From contig OZ316899.1 of the NCBI GenBank assembly GCA_973895155.1, positions 9,608,287 through 9,672,286 of the forward strand: a stretch of DNA of 64,000 bases, in the 5' to 3' direction. Origin of the DNA: Marsupella aquatica. Taxonomy: Eukaryota > Plantae > Marchantiophyta. This document shows positions 35,612 through 48,700 of this stretch, one piece after another (within the stretch, counting starts at the first letter, position 1; each line of letters opens with the position of its first letter). A program made the position numbers and the translations under genes. Under the pieces are notes generated by a model. That model was given only the letters and a program-made list of their open reading frames with translations, did not search any database and was not told the origin of the DNA.

Positions 35612-38600
35612 TCACTCATTAACCGCCGTACCGGCGGCGTCACATAGCTCCCTGCTTAATTGTGAAGCGTCCTCGCGAACATCACTCTCGGCGTCATCAT
35701 CTTGATGGTGGTACTTTTTTACACGATCGTAGCTGATTCGCGTGGGGAGTAAATCGCCGGCATATGTTGCAAGCTCCAAAGATCCGTTACGGTAGATCTG
35801 ATTCACAAGGAAGGGCCCTGACCACCGGGTATGAAGCTTCCCTGGAAACTGCATGTACCTACTATCGTACAGAAGGACTAGATCGCCTGCCACGATGTCG
35901 ACCCTCCATAGTCCTTTGTCGTGCTGCTTCTTCAAAGTTGCCTGTTTCTTCACGGCGTGTCGAGCTGCTAGTAGCCGTGCTTCTTCCAAGGCTTCAATCT
36001 GATAAGCTCGGTCTGACGAACTTTCAGATTCAGGTAAGCGATCCCGAATGCTGACCCGTGGAGTGTGTACTTCAAACTCGACGGGCACCAACGAATGTTG
36101 GCCGAACACAAGAAAGTACGGGCTGTGACTCGTAGTAGTTTTGTAAGCTAGATTATACGAGTACACCGCTGCGTACAACTTATCATCCCAATCCGTTTTG
36201 TGCGCAGCTACAGTTTTGTTGAGGATCTTCCCAATGATACCATTTGCTCTCTCCGCCATCCCGTTGGCTTTAGGATGATACGGGGTAGTCTTGCGGTGCT
36301 TGACTAGGTAACGCTCCGTAAGCTAGGCTACGGTGTCATTGAGGAAGTGGGTTCCACGGTCGCTTACCAATTCTAAGGGCGGGCCGAATCGGGTGAAAAT
36401 CTGTTCGTATAAGAATCTAGCACTGGTTGCGGCGTCGTCCTTTACCGTAGCCCGCGCTTCGACCCACTTGGTGGAGTATCAATAGCTAGTAGGATGTACC
36501 TGCATCTTTGCCTTCAGGCAACGGGAGTAAACGGCCCGATATAATCAATTCCCCATTTTTCGAATGGTGCCAATGGAAGCACAGATGTGAGCGGGTGATG
36601 ATGAGCCCGCCTCGGGGCCCCAGCTCGCTGACACAAGTCACAGCCCTTAATGAAGCGATGTACATCCCGATGCAACGTAGGCCACCAATACCCCAAGTCC
36701 AGAATCTTTCGGGCTGTCGTGACCACCGCGAAATGGCCTCCAGCTTCTTCTTCATGCAGGGCCCGCATCACGATAAGCGTCTCCTTATACTCTAAGCAGC
36801 GTCGTAACTTTCCATTAATACCTTCCTTATGTAGGTGACCCTGTATCATGACGTAAGGCCCGGCGTTCCGTAAAAACACAACGGCGGCCTCCTGATTGAT
36901 GCCGTCAGGGATGCGGCCCGTTAAAAGGAAGGTGATTATTGAGCCGTACCACGTTGGTGTCCCCTCCCCTACGTGGAACAACTCCTCATCCGGAAAAATA
37001 TCATCAATTGGCTGATCGACTGGTACGCCGTCCAGCCGTGAAAAGAAGTCGGCATTGAGGTGTGCCTTTCCTGGCCGAACCCGAACTTCGTAGTTAAATT
37101 CCTGGAGAAGTAGCACCCAACGGGCTATCCATCCCATTACGTCTACTTTGTTGACCATGTACTTCAGGCTGTCGTGATCCGTGTGGAAGATGACCTTGTA
37201 GCCGAGCAGATAGTGCCGGAACTTCTTACATGAGTAGATTATGCCCAGTGCCTCTCGATCCGTGGGGGAATAATTTTTTTCGGCTGTGAATAATTGACGG
37301 CTAGCGAAGTAGATGGGGTGATCGCGTCCATCCGTATCAAGCTGACTAAGCACAGACCCGATACAGAACCCTGACACGTCGACATACACGTGGAACTCCT
37401 TGTTCCAGTCTGGAGTGACCATGATAGGTGCGGTGGTGAGTCTTTTACGGAGTTCTTTGAAAGCAACCCGTCTCCTTGGGGTCTCCTCGTTCACCGCGTC
37501 CTTTTTCATCATCTCTGTTAAGGGCAAAGCTATTTTAGCAAAATCTTTAATGAACCGACGGTAATACCCTACGCAGCCCAAGAAGGATCGTACTGCTTTT
37601 TGATCCACGGGGAACACCACTGCCATCCAGGCCGCAACTTTCTCTTGGTCCACCTCAATGCCCCGTTTGGACGCACGATGCCCGAGTAACACCCCCTCCT
37701 CTACCCCGAAGAAGCATTTGGTGGGATGTAGTTTGAGGTTAACATCTCGGCATCGTTGCAACGTTCGTCTTAGGTGTTCGGGGTGCATGGCAACGGTTCC
37801 GAAGATGGCAAAGTCATCGATAAATATCTCCAGAAATTCCCGTAGGAAATCGTGGAAGATATTCATCATAAGGCGCTGAAACATGGCCGGGGCGTTACAC
37901 AGACCGAAAGGCATCCTCCGAAATGCGAAAGTCCCCCACTCCGTAGTGAAAGTTGTTTTGAGCTGATCCGCGAGGCGAATCCAGATTTGGTTATAACCTG
38001 AATACCCGTCAAGAAATGTATAGATTTCATTTCGGGCTACCATATCTAGAACCATATCCGTGAATGGTAATGGGTAATGGTCTTTTCGGGTTGCGTCGTT
38101 CAGCTTACGGTAGTCTTGACAAATACGAATCTTAGGTTTTCCATCCGTACCTCCCTTCTTTGGTACAATGACAATGGGAGAGACCCAGTCGCTGGCCATT
38201 ACCGGGTAGATGATATCGGCGGCGAGGAGACGATCAATTTCCTCCTTCACTAAGATGGAGTACCTCGGGTTCATGCGACGTTGTCGCTGCCGTACCGCAT
38301 GGGCTCCTAGGTTCAGATCGATCGTGTGTACTCCCAACTCGGGGGAGACGCCTGTTAAATCATGATGACTCCATGCAAACACATCTTCATATTCCTTGAG
38401 CAAAGCTTGGATGGATTTTTCAGCCTCCCCTGTCAGAGCGTGGCCCAGGTTAAAAGATTTGTCCATCCCAATGGTGTACTTCCGGTAGTGCTCCTTCTTG
38501 ATGACTTCAACCTGGTTTCGCAGGCTCGGGTCCAGGCTCGCATCAAGCTCAGCTAACCGAACTCCTCCGTACATGGGTGGAACCGGGATTGGTCTCGGGA

Positions 38601-38619
38601 TTGGAGTTACTTCCTCCAA
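35612..38619 (-). pseudogene. pol: G4 RT-RNase H-integrase (frameshift near 36515)
   Basis: RICQDYRKLN, FLDGYSGYNQI, MPFGLCNAP, FIDDF, VYVDVSG, TDHDSLKY, HEEEAGGHF...CDLC, WGIDYIGP, GKLHTRWSGPF. The stop codon lies 33 nt inside the LTR. Confidence 0.93.
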
Positions 38620-38646
38620 TTGCGGAATGGACGGATCCCATGAGAC

Positions 38647-41617
38647 TCATTTCTTATATCTCGGTCTTGAGTTTTCGGCCTCGGGCGGTTGTTGGACTAG
38701 TTCGTGGTCACGAGGCTCTGCAATGGTAGAAGCAGCCTCGGCTCCCTGCTTAGCTGGAGCCGTGTCCTCCGTCTCGACAAGTTGTTCGTGCGTTTCCTCA
38801 TCCCCGGTAGTAGATGTGCTTGGGGTGGACTCAATGGCAGCCCTCGGGTAATTTAGGAGATGTGTTTCACGGGTTGCTTCAACTCCGAAGACATCTTCCT
38901 CGGACAGGGACGAGATGAGTTCAATCATATTGAGTTCCTCTTCCTCCGAGGTCTCCGAATCATATTCCTCGGGTCCTTGTGGGGTTTCTCCCTGATAATC
39001 GTCCATTGCCCATGATACCCGTATGGTGGGTTCCCCGAACCGTAGCTCCTTCTTTCCCCAATCCGTGACTACGCGGCCACCGTACAGCCACGGCCTGCCC
39101 AGAAGAACCGGGTAAGAGGAGGGACGAACCGGCCTCATAACTAGGAAGTTGAGATAGAACTCCACCCCTCCCACCAGAGTGAGCACTCGTGTGAGCGTGC
39201 CTAATGGGAGGACCCTTGCCCCGTTTGCTAATCTGATAGCTCGGGCTGTGGGTTGATACGTGAGGTATCCTAACTTGACTGACGTTTCTTCAGTCATGAT
39301 GTTGACTCCCGCTCCTCCGTCTACAAGAACCATCTTGATGGTACAATTATTAATTTCGATCGAGATGTCTGGCGCTCCAAGGTCCTCGCATATCATGTTG
39401 CAGTCCGCGATCCCAACTCGGGGTAGTCTCCTCCTTCGGCGACCCATGAGCAACTCCCTTAGTTGTCGTCTGTACTATGGGTTGTTCTGCAGCAGTTGCC
39501 CCACCGTCGCTGTAACCGGGCAACTCTTCACGTCCTCCTTAATATCATAGTCCTCCTTCGTTTCTTCCTTCGGCTGCTGCTTGGCTTCCTCTTGTTTATC
39601 TTGCTTTTCTTGCTCCTATCGCCGGGCTGTCTCGGCTGCTTTGATGTCCTTATCGATTGCCTTCTGGTATTCCCGAGCTTTGTAAGCCTCCAGCTGTTTC
39701 TTTACCAATTCTTCGATGCGGGGGAAAAATAGCCTTGGGTCATCCCGTCGGTAGTCATCGTCCTTCTCCGGGGGTATATCTATCGTTGGCTGCACCGGAG
39801 TAGTATCTTGCTTTTTCCTGCATTTCTCCTCCTACTTCTCTTCCTTCCGTTCAGCTCTTGTTGACACACGATAGCACTCAGCCTCGTCAGATGGATTAGG
39901 GTGTTCCGCCACGTCCACCAGATTCACCCACTCGGTGTTGTCATCTTGCCATTCTACAGCAATCATTTGGACGACTGCATCGCTCGTGGCCGGTCCAGCC
40001 TGGGCCGGTCAAGCTGCGCTCGTTCGAGCAGCGATTACCAACGGACAGTTGGCCGTGGAATGAGCCTCCGTTTTGCAGACTTGACATAGTGGGGTGCCTC
40101 AGCCATCTCCCTGACGTCTTGGTTTGGTGCATTCCCTCGCAAAGTGTCCTGGCTTTTCACAGTTATAACAAACCGGGGATCGCCAAATCCCTGGCTTAGG
40201 AGGGATGCTCGGGTTACTGATAACCTGGAAACTCCGGCCATTGTTTGGGTAGGGGTACGCAGTTCTACCCGCTAAATTACGCGGACCTATCGTTGAAATC
40301 TGGTACACGGAATCAGGAGGGTCCTCAAAGAAATACTCCGTGGACTCCGATTCGGGACCCGGGTTGTCAACATCATCCAGCTCTACTTGGTAAACTCGGT
40401 TCTTCCACCTTGGGCATTCCTGCACCACATGGCCGGATTGGAAACACTTTGAACACCATGCATGGGCTCGAATCTTAGATGGCTTCTTCTTCTCCACCGG
40501 CTCTTCCGCAAGATGTACTGACAGTGCTTTGAGTCGATCCGTGATTTCATTCAGCTTGTCTGCTTCGGCAGCCTTTGGATCTGGTATCGTTCTTTGCGCC
40601 CGGGGTTTGATCTTCCCCTCCTTCTTCACTCATCTCTTCTTCTTTTTGCTCCGGCATCCGCTCTCCCAGTCACTTCCTGATGAACTGGAGGTAGAGGATC
40701 CGGTGCTTGAAGCTGAATCCGAACTGGATTTCGTCTCCAAGCTGGACGAGGTCGAACGATGTTTCTTCTTCTTCTTGCGTTTCTTCTTCCTCTCGTCGTC
40801 CGATTCGGAGTCACTGTCACTGAAGGTCTCGTACTTACCCTTCTTGCGGCGTGCTCGCTGGCTCCGCCGGGAGTTATAGGTGGACTCCCGGTAAGTTTCG
40901 GCGCACGCTATGGCCGCCTACATTGAAATTGGATTATTTTGGCGTACCCAAAATTGCATATTCGTGGGCAAACCATGAAGGAACCATGTAAGCTGGAGCG
41001 CGTCTCCCGGCCTGGGCCGGATCTTGGCTGCAAGTTTCTGAAACTTCTGAATGAACTTCCGCAGGGACTCCTTCTTTCCCATGCGAAGCTGGCCAATCTT
41101 TAATAGAGAACGCTGTTCTGATCCAATGGCACGAAACTCCTGCAGCAATGCAGCTTGGAATTGTGCCCATGTAGTCCCGAGTGGCAACGAGTTGTACCAT
41201 GGACGAGCTTCTCCCCGCATCACTCCCGGGAGGACAGTTAGCTTAATGGCGTCTTCTCCATTAGCTTTAGCAGTGGCTTCAAACTCATCCAACCATTCAT
41301 CCGGATCATCCCCATGACGCGCCCTTGAAAGGTTGATAATGAAATCGCGATCGTTGCGATATTTGTGGAGGAGCTTGAGCAGCGCGGGCCATCGGTGGAG
41401 TGGCTGCCATAGGTGGTGGTGGAGGTGGCGGTGGTGGTGGCGGAGGAACCGCAGCAGGACCGGTCGAACCGGACCCCAAAGGTCCCGGGGGTATGTTCAT
41501 ACGTCGGGGCGATTGCGAGTCCTCCGAGCCCAAAGAATCAGAACTTGTCGTGGTTGCACTTTCTCATTCGCTGGTCAATCTCCTCAAGTAAGCTGCTTGA
41601 GAGCGAGTGACGGGCAT
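38647..41617 (-). pseudogene. gag: G4 gag-protease (several stops and frameshifts)
   Basis: Start MPVTRSQAAY (compare G1 MPTTRSQAL), MRGEARPWYN, knuckles CSKCFQSGHVVQEC and CYNCEKPGHFAREC, protease VLVDGGAGVNIM. Confidence 0.88.
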
Positions 41618-41710
41618 TTACTCATATAAATGCGATGGTTAGTACTACGTCCTGATGTATCCTGCCTAGGTGAATACGCACATGTCTCCCCTCTACGATA
41701 TGTAGAGTGC

Positions 41711-41728
41711 CCCCTCCATCTAGCGCCA
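41711..41728 (-). promoter_or_regulatory. Primer binding site of G4
   Basis: Minus strand TGGCGCTAGATGGAGGGG, 12 nt inside the LTR end at 41741. Confidence 0.75.
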
Positions 41729-42639
41729 AAACAAAGGCTATGTCACGTCGTCGGCTGCGGCCTTAACTCAGACTTCAGCTTAGACGGGCACATCCCTCGT
41801 AAATCTGAGGGTTCGGGCAGGAAGGGAAGCACGTAATGCACCTTATTCTCGTAAACTAGCGCTAAGTGCGCATACTGCTAAATACGGACACCTCCTAGGT
41901 ATGGTTTGTGTTCCGCCGCCGGAACGTACCTTAGTGGATAGCAGGATCGACCCCGGCTTAAGGGCTTCTAAGCCTTCGTGCTGTCTGCCTTCGATCCGGA
42001 TTCGATGATACAGGTCCTCAACCCGTGCTCGCAACCACTTACCCGTAGGCTGCACCCTGTGCACGTCTCGGGTAGTGCGTTTGGCCTGGCGCTGCCACCC
42101 ATATACGAGAAACCCACACACATACACGCGCACATGCATACAATCTCGATTTACACGAAGGAAAATGATGGGAAAGGATTTTACTCCAAAGGGAACATAT
42201 GCGTACACTTAGTTGACCCGACAGCTTCGGAATGAACAGGTTCAAGGCCGAGGGTGCACACTACAACGGAGCCCAGCTCCGCACTCGCCCGGCGAGCTTA
42301 GTCCTACCCCCTCCCCTTGGTACTCTTTCATTCCCAGAGGTCGGGACTCCCCGCACATACCGCGGATGTCCAACTCTGCAACTAAAAACCCCCCCCTTGC
42401 CTCTACCGAGGGGTGCACTAAATACTAAGGGACGAGGGACGGGGTGTCCTCTCGCCGAAGATTTGCTGACTAAGGTCCTAACTAAGCTGACAGTCAGGCC
42501 AGAAAACGGCTGTGTCTTATTAGAAGATCCTAATCTACGCAGGCTGGACAGCATGGCAGCGCTACTGTACCTAAGGCAGGTGCCTGTCCCAAGAGCCTGA
42601 CTAAGCCAGTCCTAATCCTAATCTATTCCTACTCCGTTG

Positions 42640-45300
42640 CTAATGCCTGGCACGCTTGCCAGAGCCGCCCGAATGGGAGCGGCCATCCCGCTGCCTTCGA
42701 AGCCTGTCATTGTCCGCCTTGAGGAGCTGGACCTGGTCCAGCAGAGATTTGTTCTCTCGCCTCGCCGCGTCCGTCTCCTCCACTGCCTCCTGACATGCCT
42801 CCTCCAGCTGCTGGGCGTCGCTCGTCAGTTTACCCGCCAGCTGGTCCTGCTTCTCGGCCTCGGTTTGGAGCCGCCCCACCTCGGTCTGCAGCGTGCCTAT
42901 CTCCGTCGTGTCCTGCTGGGCCCGTTCCTCGGCCTCCTCCAGGTCTTTCTGCCAGGTGACGGTTTGATTCTTCAAACTGTCAATCTGGTTCCGAAGTCGT
43001 GTAATCTCGGCCTCGTTCCCAACTTTGGCCTGTTCGGCTAGGGCGGTAAGAGCGTGCGCCTTTGCTAACAACTCATCGGCGGCTGCAACCTTGGGTCGTA
43101 GTTGCAGAAGCTCAGCCTCTTGAGCCGCAACTTCATTCTTTAGGTACACGGACTCCACCCGGTACCGCTCTATCCTCTGAAGGGCCTCTGACTGGGCCCG
43201 ACCTGCCTTTACTGCGGCAACCAACTCCTGATTGAAGAAATAGGCTACCTTCCGGGCCATGAACTCCCTGGTATCCCGAGCAATTTGATGAGAGAAATCT
43301 CCCAGAAGCCCGTTCAGAAATGTACCCGGTACGAAGAGTTCCGGGTGGTCCAGGTTGTGCCTGTCCGGAGTTGGGCACGGGCAGACGTCCACACGCGCGG
43401 GGGCCGGGGCAGTGACGTCCAGCCCTGGGGACGTAACGTTGGAAGGGGCTGGAGTGTCCTCCTGCAGCAATGTCCGGTTCTCCGGAATAGCCACCGGTGG
43501 GTCTTTGGGAGACCCGGGCTCGGGTAAGACCTCCGCCGTACCAACTTCTGTACTTAGCCCGGCTTGTTGGGTCACATCAACGGTTGCGACAACCGACCCA
43601 TCCGGTACCTCCTCGGTTACGACTACAGCTACTTGTGGAGGTGGGGTGGGTGAAGCTGGCGTGTTCGTTGGACTTCGGGCCTTGGGTTGGGGCCGTCTCT
43701 CCAAGGCCGGGAAAACCCACCTAGCTGGGACCAGCTTTGTAACGTTGACATGGGGAAGGGTTCGTCGATCAAACCGGGCGTACCACTCAAGAATGATCTC
43801 GATGTGGCTAGCGAAATACGCCTTCCCGCCAATGTACAACGTCTTCCTTCGCCGCTCCATCTCTTCATGGAATTTCTTAGCGAAGTACGACGCCCACTTC
43901 CTAGGTCGATAGTTCTCGACCTGGATAACCTGGGCGGCGGAGATCTCCCCCCGGGGTTCCATCATGTGGAGGGCGTACCTCTGGAACTCCAGTCGCTCAG
44001 CTATCTCGAGGATGAGGCAGGTCTTCATCACGAACCCGTTGTCCACTGCTCCCTCTGAGGGAAAACTTGAAGATTGGTACTTGGCTCCCTTGCCCCCGGG
44101 AGCCCGTGATTCGACTCGATGGTCACCTTCGGGTAACCCAAAGATCATCCTGAGCCGTTCTTCCGTGAGGGACATACTCCTTCCCCGCAGCCGAGTATGT
44201 TGACACGCGTCGTCATAATTCCTGACGAACTCCGTCATGTCCTCCCCGTAGTACCTGCAAGTGTTCCAGGGGAGGGAGGCGAGGTGCTCAAATCCCTGAG
44301 TCTTCAGGTACACCGCATGCTTGGGATGGAGGATGTTTTTGTGAACGTTTTCCCCCATGCGGTGCATCGTCACCTTGGCTACGGCTACCGTGGCCAACGG
44401 TAACCCGGATGCAGTGGTGGATTCCTTCCTTTTCTTCCCCCGTGACTGGCTCGGGGAAGGTGACACTTCCCGATCCTCCCGATCGGGCCTGGGTAGTGCC
44501 ATTGCTGTTAGTAACGGGCCCGGGGCGGCCATGGTCACCATGTTGTCTGCCGGGGCCGCTCCTGGGGTCAGAGCAGGGGGTGGGGACGATATAGTGTCGG
44601 CCCCCTGAGCGCTTGTTCCTCTGGGCCGCCTGGTCAAGGGTGGGGTAGCCTCATTGTCATCGCTAAGATCCACAGCGTTGATGACGGAGCGTACTTGTGC
44701 TGGCTGGGCGATCGGTGGTGGGGTTTGGCTAGGCTGCGGTTGAGGCTGAAGCTGAAGCTGAGCCTGAGGTTGAGCCTGAGGTTGCATGGGTATGGGTACG
44801 GGTACGGGTACAGGTTCGACTGAGTTGGTCATGTTGGTTGATGGCCGAGTTCCCATGAAGCTCTGTAGGTGCTGGTAGAAGTTCTCCAAAGCGAGTGCAG
44901 ACAACCTTGTCGAACGGGTAGTGCTGGACTCGCTATTGATGATAGCCCGAACCTGAGCAGGGATGTGGTTGAAGTGATGTCGTTGCAAGTCGATCGTACC
45001 CGGGATATTGAAGACCTCGTCCGGAAGCCGAAGCAATGCTTCCCAGAAACTGATATATTTGTCTCCGTTGAAGAAGTACCCAGATACCTCTGCTGGTCGA
45101 TAAAGCTCGCTCTGAGACGGGTAGTCAAAGTTAAGGATGTAGTGGTGTCGTCCTGCTAGGCGGATGGCTCTCTCGTACTCGCATTCGATTTTGTATCAGC
45201 GCGGGTTGGCGTGTTTCAATGAGTCGGCCAAGTGCCTTCCGGTAGATAGGAACTGCGTCCATAATCGAATGGCCGAGCTGGAGAGGATCGTGTGCGACAT
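42640..45300 (-). pseudogene. LTR-embedded gene, 5' LTR copy (886 codons, one CGA>TGA stop near 45197)
   Basis: ATG 45300 is in frame with the 798-aa ORF 42640-45036; the sister LTR has CGA at the stop position. Confidence 0.87.
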
Positions 45301-45400
45301 TCAGAGGAGATAGTAGTGGCGACTTAGAGCGAACGAGAGAGCTGGGGTCGAAGCTGGCGCGTGGGCTGATGGACTGGTGCACTACAAAGGGTTGGCTCCC

Positions 45401-45408
45401 CTTTTATA
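45401..45408 (-). promoter_or_regulatory. TATA box of the LTR-embedded gene
   Basis: TATAAAAG lies 101 nt upstream of the ATG, with identical spacing at 35279-35286 and in the diverged solo LTR at 58771-58778. Confidence 0.7.
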
Positions 45409-45770
45409 CCTTGAGGGCTTGTCGATCCCCCGACGTCTCCTCGACGCCCATAGGCTGAACCGCTCACGCTTGTGGTGTACCGGCCACTCCGCCGGTCTGA
45501 GTCAGCGCGTGTCAGTGGCCGCTTCTTAAGTACGTTATACGGACCCAAGGGAGGGCCCCTCCACACTCGTAACCCGGGTGTGCGAATAGCGACCCGCCGC
45601 CAGTCCGAACCTGAATTCCCCCTTATTGCCTAATGATGTCCTACCCATAATGATTACCTAAATACTATCGTTATGCTAATAATAGCGGCCTAAGACACTC
45701 CTAACACGCGTGCTAAGCACAGTTAGACCGAATCACTCATTAACCTCTATACCGGCGGCGTCACACTCAC

Positions 45771-48700
45771 CAACCAAGTGAATTTGGAACCACTTACACT
45801 TGAAGACATACTCTTCAAATTTTGTATCCGCATCATAGGATACAATCAAGATCTCCTCTATCTTCCCATAGTGAGGCACCACATCTCGGATGACATTGGT
45901 GTCATGGCGGCTACTTTGTGAATCCTGCATGAACTGCCCTTGAACTCCACCGTCAAAAGTTCTACCCCTCTTCTCATCAAGCTCAGAAATCTTGAAATGT
46001 CTCCCTTGTGTCCACATTGCTATTCTAGTCTAAACAAGTCTCAAAGGGCCATGAACAATTGTTCGAACCTCAGGAGTCATATCTGGAAAATGTGATACAC
46101 TCTCACCTTGGGCCACCATAGCATCCAACTGAAGTACTTTCTCCCTCATATACTCAAGGAACTTTGGAAAAATCCTTGGGCGACGACTCTCCCTCTTTGC
46201 ATCCTCATAAAACTCTCTCCATTCTTCCATCACAGTACTATTACTCAACATGAAAGTAGTCATCTGTGTCAACTCCACTCCGGTCAGTAAGCGTGTTTTT
46301 TTGGCTCCTGTTAAACGATCCTCCTCCATTTCTCTCTCTTCCATCCAACTGCGTGGACAACTAGGATCAATGGTAGCTAAGATGTTGCTGCAATAGAACA
46401 TACTCTCAGCTGCCAAGTATCCTGTTGCCATGCTCCCCTCCACTTGTGCACGATTCCGTACATAAGCCTTTCACACAGCCATATACCTTTCCAACCAATA
46501 CATCCAATGACAATGCACTGGACCAGCAATGGCAACCTCCCTCACAAGATGAACAAGTAAATGCACTTGACAATCAAAGAAGGAAGGAGGGAGGGCCTTC
46601 TCTAACTTGCACACTACCTCTACTGCCAATACCTCCATCCGTGGGATCTCTTCTTCATATATTTCCTTTGAGCATATCCATCTCAACAAAGTGCCCAATG
46701 ACCATAGGGCGTCTTGCACTTCTTCACTGCCCAAGCCTATGATTGCCACAGGAAGTATATGTTCTAGTAAATGGTGATAGTCATGTGTCTTCAGATACAT
46801 TGGCCACTTATGACTGTCCTCCATCCCAAAAGCTTTCCGGAGATTGGCACCATAGCCTATAGGAAACCGCATCTGACCTATGCGTTGTCAAAACTCTCTT
46901 CTTTCACCAACACTCAAAACCCAAGGAGCTGAAGGACGGTGTTCCATCCTTGTTGATGCATCAACTGTTATCCATACATCTGGATGTCGTTCTAGATCCT
47001 GGCATGCCTCCCTAAAATTATGGTCCTTTTCTCCATAAAAATGCTTGATCAAAGCCTTCCCAACGTTTCCCTCTATATGCATGGGGTCTAACAAATGATG
47101 AATCTTCAACTCTGGCCAATACGGCAATGTGGCTAGTATACTCCACCTCGTCAACCCACTTCCATCAAATGTCATGGGGTCGTTAGGGTCTGCCACCCTA
47201 TCAACTATGGATTTCCAATGTGCAAAGGATGTACGCTCAGGTATGTCACGCTCATCACCATTGATCATGTCAAAGTCTGAAAATAGAAGGGGGTCAGACC
47301 TCATCTCATGTCCAAGTGGAAGAAACTTGGTATGCCCAAGGTAGATTATCTTGCGAAGCCATCTTGAGTACTTGGCCATATCTTCAAGGCTTGGACCACA
47401 AGTGGAGCATGCCTTATACCCTTGAGTTTGTAACCCTGAAACAAACCCAAACCCTGCAACAAACCCAAACCAAAACAACTTTCTCAATTAGAGTCAAAGG
47501 ATTTAAAAAGTTCATGTACATACATAAATATGAGGGACTTCTTTTAAAACAAACTCTCTAATACATAAAAAAAACACCAATCCATACCCCTTACCAGGAT
47601 AGTCATGCATGGTCCACATATTGATTCCCTTCAATTTGAAGACACGTGGTAATCCCCCTGTAGTCTTCCGACCATCATAGACCACACCGTCCCATAATTT
47701 TTGGAGTTCCCCAACCAATAGTGCCAAATAGGTGTCCATGTTTTTTACCTTAGATGGACCTGGGATAATCAATGATAGCAATAAGAAGCCCTTTTTCATG
47801 GACAACCATGGTGGAAGATTGTAATTCATAACAACCACCGGCCAAACTGATGTTGGGCGTCCTTTCCCACCAAGGGAGTGGGGGCTGACCCCATCCAATG
47901 CCAACCCCAACCTCACATGATGAGGGTCATGTGCAAACTCTGGCCATTGTGCCTCCACATGGTTGTGAGCAGGAAGGTCACTGGCAACCGCATGACACTG
48001 GCCTCTGATCGATGTGTCTTATGCCATACCATCAATTCTGCCAAGTCTGAACATCGATACATATGCAACAATTGAGGAATAATGGGAAACCAACGGACAG
48101 CTTTCCTGGGCACCTTTTCCGTCAACATGTTGTTATCATATCGAGGCTCATGACAAATTGGACACTCATTTATGTTGGCATTGGTCTCATGATATAGGAT
48201 GCAGTCATTCACACAAGCATGAATGATATGATATTCCATACCAATGGATGATAGAACTCTCTTTGCCTCCTTCCAAGTTCCTGGCAATACATTGTCACTG
48301 GGTAACATGAGGTCATGGCAAATTGCAAACAAATCCGATAGAAGGGCATTGCTTGCCTTGTGTTTTGCCTGAAGATTCATCAATGCCAAGATGGCAGAGA
48401 GTCTATTCAAACGAGCACCCCCATAAATAGGTGTTCTAGCATGTGCCTCCGCTTCTTCCCATTGTTGTTGACCTTCTGGTGTATGTTGAGGTCGGGGGTC
48501 ATGTGCAGCATTTGGTGGAGGAGCTCCTTCATTGGGTGGTCCACGTCCTTCACCATCAACGTCCACACCAAACCAATCTGTCATGAAGTCATCCATGGCT
48601 GTCTCCTGGTCCTGCATGACCTCAAAATCTGTCCTAGGTGCCCCTTCATCCAAACCCTCATTGTCACTGTCATTGGATGAAGAATCTGTTGATGATGTGA

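Larger units (their letters stand above)
21937..35644 (-). repeat. G4 3' LTR (4045 bp net), interrupted by CACTA-B
   Basis: 21937-22381 + 32045-35644 is collinear and near-identical with 41741-45765. Confidence 0.93.
21937..45765 (-). mobile_element. Full-length non-chromovirus Ty3/Gypsy element (G4, Athila/Phygy-like), about 14.1 kb without CACTA-B
   Basis: TSD CTCAC (21932-21936 / 45766-45770), two LTRs TGTCACG...CGTCACA, 6096-bp internal region with gag-PR-RT-RH-INT; no chromodomain or second RNase H seen. Confidence 0.95.
41741..45765 (-). repeat. G4 5' LTR, 4025 bp
   Basis: TGTCACG...CGTCACA, flanked by the PBS and the TSD. Confidence 0.95.

Noticed and set aside
21937-45765. Large duplications as assembly artefacts or segmental duplication
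   Set aside because: They are the two LTRs of one element (TSD, PBS, independent mutations) and two clearly diverged CACTA family members.
45733-46017. ORF ending ...VGECDAAGIEVNE
   Set aside because: It is a chimera of the CACTA-A transposase reading into the G4 LTR terminus at the insertion junction.
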